Shown here in pieces: positions 15,056 to 28,689 of a stretch of DNA of 64,000 bases. Made by a program: the position numbers and the translations under genes. Position 1 is the first letter of the stretch. Each line of letters begins with the position of its first letter. The notes under the pieces were generated by a model, which saw only the letters and a list, made by a program, of their open reading frames with translations, was not told the origin of the DNA and did not search any database. The stretch spans positions 4,924,360-4,988,359 of the forward strand of contig NW_003314261.1 in the NCBI RefSeq assembly GCF_000143415.4. The letters are read 5' to 3'. Source of the stretch: Selaginella moellendorffii. Lineage: Eukaryota; Plantae; Lycopodiophyta.

Positions 15056-15890
15056 ATGGCTGGGATCCCGATCCCTTTCGCCGTGGGAGACGAAGTCGAG
15101 GAGAAGAGTTACAACCATGGATTTCGAGGAGCCTGGTTCCGCGCCAAGGTGAGAGGTCTACTGGGAGCTGTGATAATCGCAGGAATGGTTTTGTAGATCG
15201 AGAAGATCGAGCGCTTACGAAAGGATGTTTACTGCACGCTGAGCTATTTCGACTACGAAGGTGGAGCTACATTTTCTCACACCTCGCTGGAGATTTGAGT
15301 CTTTCCTTGCATGATTCTTGAAGCGTTTTCTTTCTCCAAGCTTGTCGATTTCTAGCTTGCTTGTTCCAGGAGAGACTACGATCCCGCTCTACCAGCATCC
15401 TCCAGGCGTTCCACCGTCGGGATGGAGGGAGATCATGCTAAGGCCCAAGTTCCCGGAGATCCAGGTGATCAGGAAGTGGAAAGAGGGCGACGAGGCCGAC
15501 TATCCGTGGAGGAGCGCTCGCTGGTATGGCAAAGTCGTGCAAGTCATCGACGATCACACAGGAGTGGTGAGCTTAGCCGAGAAAACTTGTCATTGGTTCT
15601 AATCGTCTTTGGCTTTGTTTTGGTTTAGTTCGAGGCCTCGAGTCCTCCATATGGCGAAGGCGGGCGCTACGTGGTTGCCTTGCACGAGCTTCGTCCGGCG
15701 CTAAACTGGTCTCCACGGGATGGATGGCAAGTTCCACTCAGCTCTCCTGCGAAGATCGCCAACAACCGCAGCTCCTCCTGGGACAACGAGGATTGCCTGG
15801 CGGCGCTCAGGGAGTGGGACTCGTGCTTCCGGCAGGCCAGGAAGCATTGCTCGTGGAATGCAGAGCGTGAAAAGGATGACAACACCAAGT
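15056..15890 (+). pseudogene. Agenet/Tudor-like domain gene (multi-exon 5' part), 3' part chimeric or uncertain
   Basis: MAGIPIPFAVGDEVEEKSYNHGFRGAWFRAK, then IMLRPKFP, WYGKVVQV and LRPALNWSPRDGW, separated by GT-AG introns. Downstream it runs into a locally duplicated block. Confidence 0.65.
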
Positions 15891-16453
15891 AAGAAGTTCT
15901 CTCCTCTTTCATGTGTTCTTGAGAGTTTTCACGCGTGTTCCTGGTCTGTGCTTGTAGAGGAAGCCCTTCCAAGGAGGAAGGCTTGGAACTCACTGCCTAG
16001 ATTGATCAATCAAGGTCGCTGGATCGAGGTACCGAAGAAGAAATGCTCTAACTTTCAAGACTCTGATTAGTTATATATACTAGCGCAGGTTTCCTTATAC
16101 GTAGCGAAGAGCAGGGAAACGTAGAGCTCTCTAAGTAGAAAACAAAGAAGAAGAGAAGGAATCCTTCGTTTTTAGTTCTTTGTGGTGTTCCTTTTGTTGG
16201 TCCTTTGGAACAAAGCGGCATTTGGCCATTTGGTTCTGTTTGGACGATCAAGCTTCGTGGATTTCTTGCTTTATAAGCGCGCGAGGCACACAGGGATCGT
16301 CTCAATGATCCACGCGCTCGTGAGCGCTAGAATCCGATAATGGCTCGAGGGGGCGGAGCTATCAGCGCTCTACGCCGCGATGGAGCAGCAATCCGGATCG
16401 CGGTCGATCGACAGCAGCGGCTACTACAGCAAGAGCATTCTCAGCATCCAAGA
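15800..16453 (+). repeat. Local direct duplication (copy 1) containing the ABCB promoter and 5' coding sequence
   Basis: 15800-16062 matches 19444-19711. 16120-16453 matches 19993-20387, but the ABCB ATG is lost in this copy. Confidence 0.9.
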
Positions 16454-16518
16454 AATTCCCGCCCTTTCTACTTAAAGATTCTATTTGAAGCCAACGGCTA
16501 GGATAAAAGCCCTCTTGC

Positions 16519-17368
16519 TTGACAAAAGTAGGGCAAAGGATGAAGAAGAGGTGTTGCAACACGGGCGAGGAGTGCGCCAAGGCGCTCAAGGTGGTGGAGT
16601 GCCACAAGACGAAGAACAAGGGGCTGCCATTCCCGGTGAGCAACGCCGTGTACAAGGCGCTCCACACACTCAAGGAGGGTCAGGTGGAAAACGAGGTCTA
16701 CCAGCGGCAAACGGCCGAGTTTCGGCACTATGGTCCCTGGACTCACGATGAATTTGCTTGCGACAAGGAGGCCTACGAGCTGTTTGTGGCGGCGATGGAG
16801 GAGGAGGGGCGGCCGCTTGGCCTGTGGGTGAAGCGGATGCTTGACGAGAAGGCGCTCTACACCGACGTCAACTACTTGGAGAAGCCGGGGTGGCAAGACT
16901 ATCCCTCCTCGCATTTTTGCGACAAGGGGCGCGAGTGGGTGTTTGGCAGGATTGACATCGCGGACGAGGATGCTCAGGAGAGGATGTTTCCTTCTCTACT
17001 CTCCTACGTCCGTGCGAATCTAGAATCGCGTTACACTCCTGGCACTGTGAGAAAGTTTCTTCTTTCACTCTTTGTATTTTGATTTACCGACTGTGCGAGT
17101 GTCATCAGGTGCTTGTGACGGGCAACCGCGAGTTCTACGAGAAAGTTTTGCTGGACGAGGATCGCATGGGGCTCCTGGTGGAGACGTTTCTGGAGCGGCA
17201 CAGGATCATCTGCAAGCCGCGCGACCTCATGCGCAGGGTGTGGTTTGTGAGCAAGGATCAAAAGGCGATCAACGTCACGGAGGAGGTGTGCATCCGTGTC
17301 CCGCGCTACGCCGAGACCAGCGTTGCCTTCCCCCGCAAGCCAGATATATCCGACTTCCTGCCCAGCGA
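16519..17368 (+). pseudogene. Unassigned multicopy protein domain (PVSNAVYKAL...FACDKEAYELFVAAMEEEGRPLGLWVKRMLDEKALY)
   Basis: GC3-rich coding-like ORFs 16519-17082 and 17079-17501 are separated by an intron-like stretch with no clear AG acceptor. Partial copies occur at ~19110-19236, ~28200-28445, ~49250-49287 and ~59308-59530. Confidence 0.6.
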
Positions 17369-17416
17369 GGTAATCTCTAATTCTAGCTTTGCTCTTATTC
17401 TTTTTTCCTGTGCAGC

Positions 17417-17776
17417 TTGCGCTCGTCTCGGCTCTGTGATGAAACCATCGCGTTCTGTTCTTCCTGTCTGGCCCGAAACACCATTCCCGCAGAGCTTGTG
17501 AATCGCTACATGATCGATCATCATCGTCGCGGGCCTCACTGCGGCAATGCATGCACCGGAATCTGGCGCCTTTGGGCCGATTTCGCCCCTCGAGAAGAAC
17601 AAGAACGCACTGGAATTGCCTACATTTTCAATCCGGCCCGGTGGATCCTTGCCCAGATGCAGCAGCAGACGATTCATTCTTCGCGCAAGCATCTCCCGGG
17701 CAGAATCGGCGCCCATGGCGCGAAGCTTTCCCTCGCTAAGCTCTCTTCCTCAAACCCTTCTTGTAATTGTTTTTAG
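17417..17776 (+). pseudogene. Possible fragment of a Crinkler-like NTPase protein (post-NTPase segment)
   Basis: IAFCSSCLARNTIPAELVNRYMIDHHRRGPHCGNA resembles the C-L..x..DxRY..G..CG.A segment recalled from fungal Crinkler-type P-loop/REase proteins. This is by-eye similarity only. Confidence 0.35.
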
Positions 17777-19443
17777 AGGGAAGAAGGTTCCACTAATTTG
17801 AATTTAACAATCGTTAATAGAGTTTCTAGCAAATAACTTTGCGTGAAACTCCTCTCACCAAAGGAATGGGAAAGAATCAATTCGATCGTGGATTAAGTCA
17901 TAGTATTTTTTCTAGCCCATAGACAAGGGACTGGAAAACGATCAGATTAAAACTATAAGAACTTGTGCTTGTCGAATAGCGACCAAGAGCACGGACATGA
18001 GAGCCTTAACCTCTGTTATATCGTGCCTCAGAGAAAACACCTGTAGAAAAATATTCGCACGGCATGGAAGTGAAATTACCTCTTGAGATGAATCCCGGTG
18101 AAACCATGCTGTGGATCCTTTTATTCCATCGTCCACCACCTCGCCTCTTGCCTTCACGAACAGTTGAAGACTAATAATCTAGAGAAAAAACAACGAAGAG
18201 ATTAAGGCTTTACCTGGAGCTCTGCTGGGACTAGACGTAACTGTAGTGGAAGGATGCAGCAATGGGGGCTACAACTCCAATCGAGAGCGTCGGTGCAATG
18301 AAACAGCCCTGCAAGAAGAAGACGCTGAGCTAACGCTGGGAAGCAAAGGACGAAAAAACTCCACAGCTTGACTCACCACATCTCATCATGCTGGCCTTTC
18401 CGCAAAATGTGAAATCCACACCGCTGCCATGGCAGCTATCTCAAAAGCTCGAGGAATGGAAGTCGCAATTGACACAATCGAAGTTAAAGATTTCCTTTTT
18501 CTTCCCCTTTCCAATGTTTTTGCAAGCACCGCTTACAATCGCCTGAGCAAGGAATCGTGAAACAAAGCAAAATGGACCTCGATATTGGAGGATGAAGATT
18601 TAAACGTATGAATGCCGAGAACCTATGTGATCCATGATCCTGGGAAAACTCCAGCAAACATTCTCAGTGAAACAAAGAAGAAAGAACTACGAAAAGAACG
18701 ATATGAATTCCGGGCTGTGGCTTGCTAGATGGTTGGAGTTGGACGGGTGGTAAAGTCGTGCTGCCTCCTTTGAGGCCCGGTCATGATCTGCCCCCACAGC
18801 GCCGCGGCATGTCGCGCTTGTTCTTCCTGGAGGCGATCTTTATTTAAGAAAAGAAATCTTGAGCGATCATCAGCAAATCCCAAGAAAGAATGCCGGCACT
18901 CACCGTAGACATGCCCTTGGGCTTCTGGCCTCATTGCGCCTCAACGCCCAGCTCCCATGAAGCCCGCGAGAAGTCGATGCCATATGATGTGCTCTTTTCC
19001 CCTTGTCTGTTTTTAGGGCTCCTAGGACATTCTCGAGAGTTTCCCTCGAAAAATGCCATTTGAAACCAACGGCTAGGATAAGAGCGGGGCAAATGGCGGC
19101 TGTAGAGCGCGGCTTCGTCAAGCACGATCCACCTGCCTCGCAAGCAAAGTTAGATGTCGTGAGTCCAGGGACTCGGCCTTGTGTTGCTCCAGGCGCTTCC
19201 TGGAGCGCCTTGTACACGGCGTTGCTCACCGGCGATTGATTTTTGCGACAACTGGGATTGGCATCGCGGACAAGAACTGTCAGGAGAGGGAAAGCTAGCA
19301 AAGTTTTAGCTTGAGATCACAGCTTGCATTTTCGCTCTAGAGTCGCAACTTTTCATGCTTCTCTTGAGACTGATCTTCCGGAAAGAAGCACTTTTTAGCG
19401 AGTGAGCTAAAAGCAAGTAAGCTCTGGAAAACTTCACTGCAAC

Positions 19444-20387
19444 GGCGCTCAGGAAGTGGGATTCGTGCTTCTGGCAAGCCAGGAAGCATTTCTCGTGGAA
19501 CGCAGAGCGTGAAATGGACGACAACTCCAAGTAAGAAGCTCTCTCCTCGAGCTTTCGTGTGTTCTTGAGAGTTTATATGCATGTTCTTGGTCTGTGTTTA
19601 TAGAGGAAGCACTTCCAAGCAGTAAGGCTTGGAACTCACTGGCTCGATCAATCGATCAAGGTCGCTAGATCGAGGTAACCAAAGAAGAAATGCTTTAACT
19701 TTCAAGACTCTAGGAAGTTGACACTAGCTTGTTCATGTTGGCTATCATGGTACTAGTGAAGAACAGGGAAAACTAGAGAGGGAGAGAATCACTGGCTTGA
19801 TCGATCGATTAAGGCCACTGGATCGAGGTACCATAAAAGAAATGCTCTAACTTGGAGGTTAACAGTTATGGTAGCAGCGAAGAACAAAGAAAAGTTGAGA
19901 TTTAGAAAACAAAGAAGAAGAGAAGGAATCACTGGCTTGATCGATCGATCAAGCTCTAACTTTCAAGACTCTAGGACTAGGAAAGAATAGAGAAACGTAG
20001 AGCTCTCTAAGTAAAAAACAAAGAAGAAGAGAAGGAATCCTGCGTTTGTAGTTTTTTGTGGTGTTCCTTTGGTTGGTCCTTTGGCACAAAGCGCCATTTG
20101 GCCATTTGGTTCTGTTTGGACGATCGTCGTACATACCAAAGCGTCGTGGATTTTCTTGCTTTATAAGCGCGCGAGGCACAGGGATCGTCCCAATGATCCA
20201 CGCGCTCGTGAGACCATGGTAGAATCCGACAATGGCTCGAGGGATTTCGATTTCTTCCCGGAAGACTATGATTCCGAGAGCGTGGGGGCGGAGCTATCGG
20301 CGCTCTACGCGGCCATGGAGCAGCAGTCTGGATCGCGGTCGATCGACAGCAGCAGCTACTACAGCAAGAGCATTCTCAGCATCCAAG
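19444..20387 (+). repeat. Local direct duplication (copy 2) with internal tandem sub-repeats
   Basis: Matches 15800-16453. TCACTGGCT(C/T)GATC(A/G)ATCGAT occurs three times (~19636, 19788, 19929). Confidence 0.85.
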
Positions 20388-23300
20388 ATCTCCAGCAGCG
20401 CACCAGATCTTACGATAATCTAGCGCGGCCATCGCATGCGCAGCAGCAGCAAAGGGATATCCCGGATGCGCACTCGGTCGTCGTCGCGAGGGATAGAGAT
20501 TACGGCTATGGCGCCGTCAACGAGAAAGATCTGGCCGAGGAAGCCGACTCTCTCAGCGTTTACAGCATCGATGCCACCAAGAACGCGGATCAAGCGCAAG
20601 AAGACGAGGGATTTTCCTACTGGAAGCTGTTCCAATTCGCGAATGGATTGGACTGGCTGATGATCGCAGTCGGCACGGCATCGGCCATCGCTCACGGCCT
20701 CTCCGGCCCCGCGGTCGTGCTGCTCTTTGGATTGATGAACAATGCGTTTGCTCTGCCGCCCGACGCGGCCTTCCGTGGAGTCGTCAAGGTCCGATCAGCC
20801 GATCTCTCTCGTTTCTGTTGGATCTGTGCCTGATATTTCGATTCCAGATCGTGGTGATCGTGATGTATGTGTCCGTTGGAACGATGGTCTCGTCGGCAAT
20901 AGGTATGCTTCTTTATCGTTTCAAAATTTTAGGGTTCTTGAGTGGTTTTGACGATGGCGCTATGGCGCAGAGAATGTGTGCTGGACGCAAATTGGAGAGC
21001 GGCAGACCGCGCACATCAAGACGAGGTACCTGGATTCGCTGCTCAAGCAGGACATCGCCTTCTACGACACGGAGGCCAAGGTCGGGGACATTGTGACCGC
21101 TGTCTCGAGCGATATTCTCCTCATTCACGATGCAGTGGGGGAGAAGGTGAGCTCCATCGCCAGTTCTAGTGGTTTTCTCATGTTTCTTTCGACCAGATCG
21201 GTGCGTGTGTCAGCAATTTTGCTGTGTTTCTGGGCGGTATAGTGATTTCTATCTCTGTGTACTGGAAGATGGGGCTCATGGGGCTGACAGCAACACCGCT
21301 GCTACTTGGAAGTGGTTTTATGTTCGTGGCTTTCTACACCAAGTATGTGATTCAAGCGCTCACGGCGTATAGAAGTGCCGACTTGGTGGCTGAACAGGTG
21401 TGTTTTTTCACGTAGTTTCTTTTCATTTTTTCCCCTCTGAGTCTCTCTTTTCAGGCAATCTCGCAAGTGAGAACTGTGTACTCTTTCGTTGGAGAAACGA
21501 AAGCTCTCAACTCGTATGCACACCTTCTCGAGGATGCTGTGAAGCTTAGCTCTAAGACTGGACTTAGCAAAGGTCTGGGGCTTGGAACGGTCATTGCCAT
21601 CTCCTACTTTTCATGGACGTTGCAGTTTTGGTTCGGTAGCAAACTTGTTGAGAAGCATGAGATCAAGGGAGGTACTGTCAACTCATTGATTTTCATCAGT
21701 ATAATATCCGGGAAGTAAGTTCTTACAGCATGCGTTAATGTCTCATTAACGTTTTATCCGTTTCAGAGCACTGGGAGACTGCATGCAAGTGTTCGGTTTT
21801 ATAGCCAAAGGAAAAGCGGCCGCAAGCAGATTATTCAGAGTTATAGAGAGGCAGCCAAGAATCAACAACAACAGCGATCAAGGCAAAACTTTGTCGCGTG
21901 TCAGAGGAAGAATAGAGCTATGCAATATATCGTTCGCCTATCCCGCACGGCCCGAAGTACCTGTATTCTCGAATTTGTCTCTAAACATTCCGGAGGGGAA
22001 AATAGTTGCGCTTGTTGGATCAAGTGGATCAGGCAAAAGCACGATAATTTCCTTGATTGAGAGATTTTACGATCCTCTGAAGGGTAAGAACAATGTCGAG
22101 CAACCTCAGTACTGGACTAATCGTCTTGTTCTTGCAGGAGAAGTGAAGCTCGACGGAAGGGATATCAAGTGTTTGCAACTTAAGTGGCTCAGGGCACAGA
22201 TTGGACTTGTAAGCCAGGAGCCTACTTTATTTGCCACCAGTATTAAGAAGAACATCTTGATGGGAAAGCCAGATGCAAGCCATGAAGAACTCATATCAGC
22301 AGCAAAGGTTGCTGGAGCTCATCTGTTTATATGTGATCTTCCCGATGCATACAACACAGAGGTGAATTTCCTCCTCGTCCTTTTTGTTTCTATTTAATAA
22401 TGTTTTGTTTTGTAGGTTGGGGACAAGGGAATCCAACTTTCTGGAGGACAAAGGCAGAGAATAGCCATTGCTCGTGCAATCCTGAAGAAGCCGTCTGTCA
22501 TGCTTTTGGACGAAGCAACGAGCGCGTTGGATTCTGAATCCGAGGTTCTAGTCCAAAATGCACTAGACAGGATCATGCAAGGACGGACCACTGTTGTCAT
22601 TGCTCACCGCTTGTCAACTATTCGAAACGCCGACTGCATACTGGTCTTCGACAAAGGTCACATCATAGAAAGTGGGACACATGCTGAGCTACTTGGTCGT
22701 GAGAACGGTGCTTACAAGTCTCTCGTAATGACTCAGGAAAGTGCTGTAGTAGCGAGAAAGAGAAGAACTCGCGGCAGGTAAATCATTCCATCACTTATTT
22801 TCACTTCTAAAACTTATCTTACAGGTCTCCATCTCCTCTTCATTCCAGAACACCTATTGCAGCTCCCTGGGCCTCCCCATTACGATCGCCATGGACTTCG
22901 CCGTCCAGGATTTCGTACGAGTCTTTCAACTCACAAATCGAGATGCCTCCGGTTCAAGAGAATTTTCAAGCTGCTGAGGAGCAGGGACCTGGAGCCACCA
23001 AGTTACAGACCTCTTACTCTGTGAAGTCGTGGTTCAAGGAACGGTTCAGGAGAGTATGGGGTTCTGCAATAATCGGAACCAGTGGAGCTTTAACTTCTGG
23101 GATTCTAGCGGCTGTGTTTCCCTTGGTTATGGCCAACGTCTTAGTTCTTCTGCTGCAGAGGCGCACGAAGGAAGCCATGAAGTGGACCTTGGGATTTATT
23201 GGCCTCGGAATTGCAACACTAGCAAGCAATGTGGTCCAGTATTTCTTTTGCCATAAAGTTGGCGCCAGAGTCACTCAAGACGTCCAAGTGAAATCGCTGG

Positions 23301-24882
23301 AAGGTACGTAACCTGTCCTGTAGGCTGTTTATTTTGATATTTGTTTTCAGGAGTTTTGAGGAACGAAGTTGGATGGTTTGATTTCGAAGAGAACAGTAGC
23401 TCCGCGGTGACTGCACGTCTATCAGCGAACGCGACCACGTTGAGGAATGTATTGAGCGACACTTACAGCTACTTCTTGCAAAACGTTTTGGGAATCGTGT
23501 TGGCCTTGACCCTGGCCACCGTCTATGACTACAGAATGGGACTCATTTCCCTCGCAAGCCTTCCTCTTCAAGTGCTCGGTAGCGCTGTCTCGGTAAGATG
23601 GCTTCGACAATTTTCCAACTTTAAACCGTGACTTATGCATGGATAGGCTGCCTACTTCAAAGATGGATTTGCCGGGTCGAACGTCCAGAAAACCCACGAG
23701 AATGCTGGTCGAGTTGCAGGAGAAGCAGTCTCCAGCATCAGAACGGTGTTATCCTTCGGCGCTCAAGACAGCATCCTGTCAAAGTTCCAGGAACATCTAG
23801 ACGACGCCAAAAGCCGGAGATTCAAGCGCGCTTGCATGGTGGGATTGTTCATCGGAGTCTCTCACGGCCTCTTGTACATCTCTAGCGCCTGCTGCATGCT
23901 CTACGGCGCCTATCTCATCCGCCGAGACGAAGTCAGCTTTGGACCTCTCCTCATCTCCTTCTCCATCGTGGCCTACACCGCCTACCACTGTGTGGAAGTC
24001 ATCGGGCTCATTCCAGACTTCAAGAAGGGGATCCAGGCCACCATCTCTATGTTCGAGACTGCCAACCGGCTCTCGGAGATCGATCCAGATGCAGCAAAAG
24101 CAACCAAGCTCAAGAAGATTGCCGGGACTGTGGAGTTCCGGGGCGTGAGCTTCAGGTACCCGTCGAGGCCGGATGTTCTGATACTCAACAACCTGAGCCT
24201 CAAGGTCCCGGCTGGATCAACCGTGGCACTGGTTGGAGCAAGCGGGTCCGGCAAGAGCTCGGTGCTAGCTCTGATCCTGCGCTTCTACGACCCGACCTCC
24301 GGAAGCGTGATGCTGGACGGCAGGGAGTTGAAGACTCTCCACCTGAGAAGCCTGAGGAAGCACATCGGCTACGTCCAGCAGGAGCCAGTGCTATTCGGAG
24401 TGTCAATCCGGGAGAACATCCTCTACGGGAGGGACTTTGGCGAGGACTTGGACTACAGTGCTACTGAGTCGGAGATGGTGGCGGCAGCAAAGAAGGCCAA
24501 TGCGCATGAGTTTATCAGCGGCCTGCCGGATGGCTATGAGACCAACGTCGGCGAGCGTGGTGTCCAGCTTTCAGGCGGGCAGAAGCAGCGCATCGCCATT
24601 GCGCGGGCGATGCTCAAGAACCCGGCAGTGCTGCTGCTGGACGAGGCCACTAGTGCCTTGGACGTGGAGTCGGAGAGGATTGTCCAGCAAGCGATCGATC
24701 GGCTGGTTGGGGAGCAGCAACGCACTACGGTCATCGTTGCACACAGGCTATCGACAGTGCAGTCTGCAAACACAATTGTGGTGATGGAGAATGGGAGTGT
24801 GAGGGAGAGAGGCAGGCATGCCAAGCTCCTCGAGCTCGGGGGCGCTTATGCAAAACTCATTGCTATGCAACAAAGAAGGTGA
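20216..24882 (+). CDS. Full-size ABC transporter subfamily B (MDR/P-glycoprotein), about 11 exons
   Basis: TMD-NBD-TMD-NBD layout. Walker A motifs GSSGSGKS and GASGSGKS, signatures LSGGQRQR and [18 protein letters not shown] twice. Ten short GT-AG introns join the ORFs, and TTATAA lies at 20161. Confidence 0.95.
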
Positions 24883-25389
24883 CGACAATGTTTAAAACGT
24901 CCGAATATTCTATGTTTAAAATCTCTTAGTAACTGTTGAAAAAGATTGTTAGGATAACGACTCCCGGCTTATGGGGTTTATCGAGATGGATAATACGGCA
25001 GGATGATAATCGACAACACTATCAGCAGCTGTCTATGGATTTCCGGATCAAGAAGAGGAATCTCCTCAAGGAGCTCGTCAAGCAACAAATCCGAAAATCG
25101 TGAATCACACCTCCATAAATCCCACACTTACCAACGGACGCCAAAGTATCCTTGCGTAGTGCAGAAGCTCTTCTCGCAAGCAATGCTTTCCATCGGTGAG
25201 ATGGGACGAAGCATCCCTTGCGAATCTCGCGATCGTTGACTACTAAACCGTTGACCGGGTTAAGGCATAACTAAACGACTGGCCAACCCACATCAAACTT
25301 TTATTTTCCGGCAAGGATTCGAACTCGTACTATGCCGAATTTGGTGCTCTCATGCTTACATGGAAAGGGCTATATCTATAAGCAAATTA

Positions 25390-25830
25390 GTGTTTTGAAG
25401 ACTTAGGGATGGAAGGGTGTGGGGTATAATCCATGAACATCTTCAAGAAATCTCTACTCGAATTTTTTACGCTGAAAACACTGGCCTTCTCTGCTGCTTG
25501 GACTTCCGCATGCACGTGCTGAGTCACGAATTCAAACCTCGTCACCAACAATGAAACGTGGCAATGTCCTCTATCGTCTGGCATGCCTGTTAGGCTTTTG
25601 CATCGCCAGCACGTATTGGATGTCTTGCAAAGAATCCAAGCTCTCTATCTCATCCAGCCGCTGAGCCTTCTTGCAAAACGTGAACGCACCCGGCCAAGTC
25701 CTGCTTAGCCAGATGCAAACAAACCTCGAATCCAAACCCCTGAGCAAGCAACTCTTGCCGATTCCACACGGCGGCCAACGATTAGCAGCGTTTTTGTCTC
25801 ACCGGAATCGCCATGATCTCACCGCAGTGC
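25390..25830 (-). pseudogene. Decayed P-loop NTPase fragment (paralog of 51040-51400)
   Basis: CGIGKSCLLR in a frameshifted context. The nucleotide sequence matches 51045-51400 in inverted orientation. Confidence 0.6.
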
Positions 25831-25924
25831 ACAGCTTACTCTTGTTGGTTGCGGCGATTTCGCCTTGACTGCTTTGGCCAACCATCGCTCCCAGGCACGC
25901 AGCCGGCGTCGCTAATCATCACAT

Positions 25925-26324
25925 GAACCCTGTTCCAGCCGTCCGTTCTAGGCGAGCCAATGCTCGTTCGTGCCTAGGTGGAGATTTACTTGACACCATG
26001 GACCAGAGTCACGTTTGAAGCGCATCCTTGATCCAGCTCGATCCATCTCCCAAAATTAATCGGATCCTCTCAAGATTGCAATCTTTGCCTGCGTTTTTAC
26101 TCTTCTTGCAAATCCATCTCTTTCTCTTAGAAGTGCCAACATGGATTGTGAGAGATTGGAAATCGTTCACAGTACAGTTAACCACAGGAATGGACGCTGC
26201 AATTACATCCGGGAACAGGATTTCTCTGTGGTTCTTGGTGATTAGCAGTGCAGTGAGACACAACGCCATCAGGAGCCTTCGGAATGTCTTCAGAGTTTGT
26301 AACATTCAATGCGTAAAGCTGTGA
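25925..26324 (+). pseudogene. Possible Crinkler-like restriction-endonuclease-fold fragment
   Basis: FQPSVLG followed by TTGMDAAITSGNRISLWFLVISSAVRH resembles the NPSVLG...D.hh...hhQhTh...H pattern. A partial inverted copy lies at 49290-49445. Confidence 0.35.
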
Positions 26325-26989
26325 TGAACGAAAAAAATTTAGAGATAAATTGGCAATGCGATAGTACAATTACTCTGTTCATAATTTGATAGAATGCTTT
26401 TACAATATTTCATCCAGAGCTCCTTCCTTCATTTGACGGTGTTCCGAGATCTTTTGTGCTATGCCCGGGCGAATCGTGGAAGTTATAATCAGTCCGGCTA
26501 CCTCAAGAAAATGCCATGTTGGGACAAGAACACGTTGATCACAGTGCGTGGCCAGAGTATTTACTTCTGCCATAATTAAGTGGCACGGTTATGGGATTCT
26601 TGTTGGGATGAAAACATCAGTATGGCATTCGTAATGAAATTGAGCAGCTTCATAGTTGATAAAACCAATTAACAACAAGCTTGTAAGAGTTTCACAATGC
26701 TTGTTTCCTCTTTCCTTTATTGCCTACCTTACTCTCTAAATTAGTATAAGCAAAATTAAGCTAATTAACTATAAAATATTAAGAAATTGAAAATATAGCC
26801 ACTTAAAATTTATTGAGATATCTTCTTTACTCTAAGATTTTGCCTTAACTCTGGAAAAGTCAAGGTTGCCAACCCAAGTACCCCAATATTATATACTAGT
26901 TATGGTTTAGTTGTCACTCTAGAAGTCTCATGCTGAAAGTATGGTGCTACTAGAAGTTGGGAGATTGAGAGATTTGAATAACCCACATC

Positions 26990-28040
26990 AAAAATTGGGT
27001 TAAGATTCAAAATAATACATAACAATTCTTTGTAGCAATTGGGAAGGATGTTTATAGATTGAAGCTATAATAGTGAGCAAGAGTGTGTGCAAGAAAAATT
27101 AAGACCAAGAGTAGTTGATTAATGAGATTTTTGTATACTTTTCTCATCAACTCTCTATGCTCATCATCTTAGACTAGCATAGGCATGTCAAGCTTGGATC
27201 AGCCACTTGATCATGAGTGGGAGTGTTAGAGGTAGAGATGAGTGCCATGTAGTCATGCTTATGTGGTAGTAGTTTTTATGTATATATACCCATCCATATA
27301 TAATTGAAATACAGAGTTCTTCCTCCTTGTGTGCATCTTTCTGCTACTTTCAGATTGTGCTTTTGTTGGTAGAACAATGGAGTCAGTTATGACTGTGGTT
27401 GCTTCAGCTCAACCAACATTTGTCATAGCCAAACTATCTCTTTTGTTACCAATGATGTCGCCATGTATTCTGCTTCTAAACTTGAAAGTGCAATAGTGGC
27501 CTATTTTTGCTAGTCCATGACACTAGTGCTCCCACCAATATATAGTAGATTCCTGTTGTGGAAAGTCTTGTGTCTATATCCCTGCCCAATTTGTATTTGA
27601 GTAGGCTAGAAACTTCAAGAAGTGATCTGAAGAGTGACAAAATTTTATTCCTAACTCAGCTGTGACGTGAAGATATAGCTGCTTGCTAATGACCTACATT
27701 TGGTGAAGAATTGAATCTGATGAGGAGTCCAACTGCGAATGAGATATCTAGTCATGTGCTGTTAACAAGATAAAGCAGTCCTCCCCATCATTGAATTGTT
27801 CATCCATCTCTTTGGAGAATTTCATGCCAGCAACCATGGGTGTAGGGAGCAAACAACTTAGAATTGTATAAGGACTGGGACAGTTTGATTGAACCATCTT
27901 GTCAATCACGCATAACTTCCATGCCTAGAAGTTTGGTCACTTCACCTTCTTGAATCTTGAATTAAACTTTTCCTTGGTGTTGTTATGAGCTTGAGTTTGT
28001 TGCCAACAACTAAACAATCATTAACATAAACAGTGAAGCT
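26990..28040. mobile_element. Decayed Copia remnants with an LTR-like segment
   Basis: PPT-like GAGTGGGAG is followed by TGTTAG...CCAACA (~27224-27418). Minus-strand RT remnants ([25 protein letters not shown]) lie at 27420-28040. Confidence 0.6.
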
Positions 28041-28689
28041 TGTGTCTGTTTCCTTTTGATACAGATTCCTATCAGAATTCAATTTAATGAAGCCTTTTCC
28101 TCAGAGGAACTCATCGATGAAGCAATACCATTGCCTCAACACTTCCTTGAGACTATAGATAGCTTTTACTTAGCTTGCAAACTAGTTCCTGTCCATCCAA
28201 AAGGCCAGTCCCATCAAGTAGTTCCCATCGGTGTAGAGCACACCTTCATCAAGCATCCCCTTCACCCACAGGCCCAGTGGCTGGCCCTCCTCCATCGATA
28301 TTGCTGCCACAAAAGTCTTGTAGGCCTCCTTGTTGCAAGCAAGTTCATCATGAGTCTAGGGATGACACTCTTGAAACTTTGTACACAGCGTTGCTCACCA
28401 GGAATCACAGCAGCCCCTTGTTCTTTGCCTTCTGGTGCTCCATGACCCTAATTCAAAAGGAAAACAAAAGGCTCTTATCCGGTTTCAAATGGAATTTTGG
28501 CGCTCATTTCTTTAAACCCTCTTCTCTTCTACGAGCAAGGTACTGCTTGGAATAGACAACTATCAAGCATCCAAAGCTTGCATTTTTCTCTAGAGATCGT
28601 GTAGCTAGGGAGAACATTTGTCTTCTGGGACAATGAAAATCGTTTAGTTGAAAATAGTGAAAGTCTAGAAATTGGATGCCTTAGCCTTG

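Noticed and set aside
17900-18900. Exon-like fragments on the minus strand
   Set aside because: Splice-like signals exist, but no product could be assigned.
19630-19970. Spaced short repeats resembling a CRISPR array
   Set aside because: The units are irregular, the spacers are related to each other, the context is eukaryotic and there are no cas genes. This is tandem duplication.
20069-20215. Upstream extension of the ABCB ORF
   Set aside because: It starts at a non-ATG codon and spans the TATA box. ATG 20216 is the plausible start.
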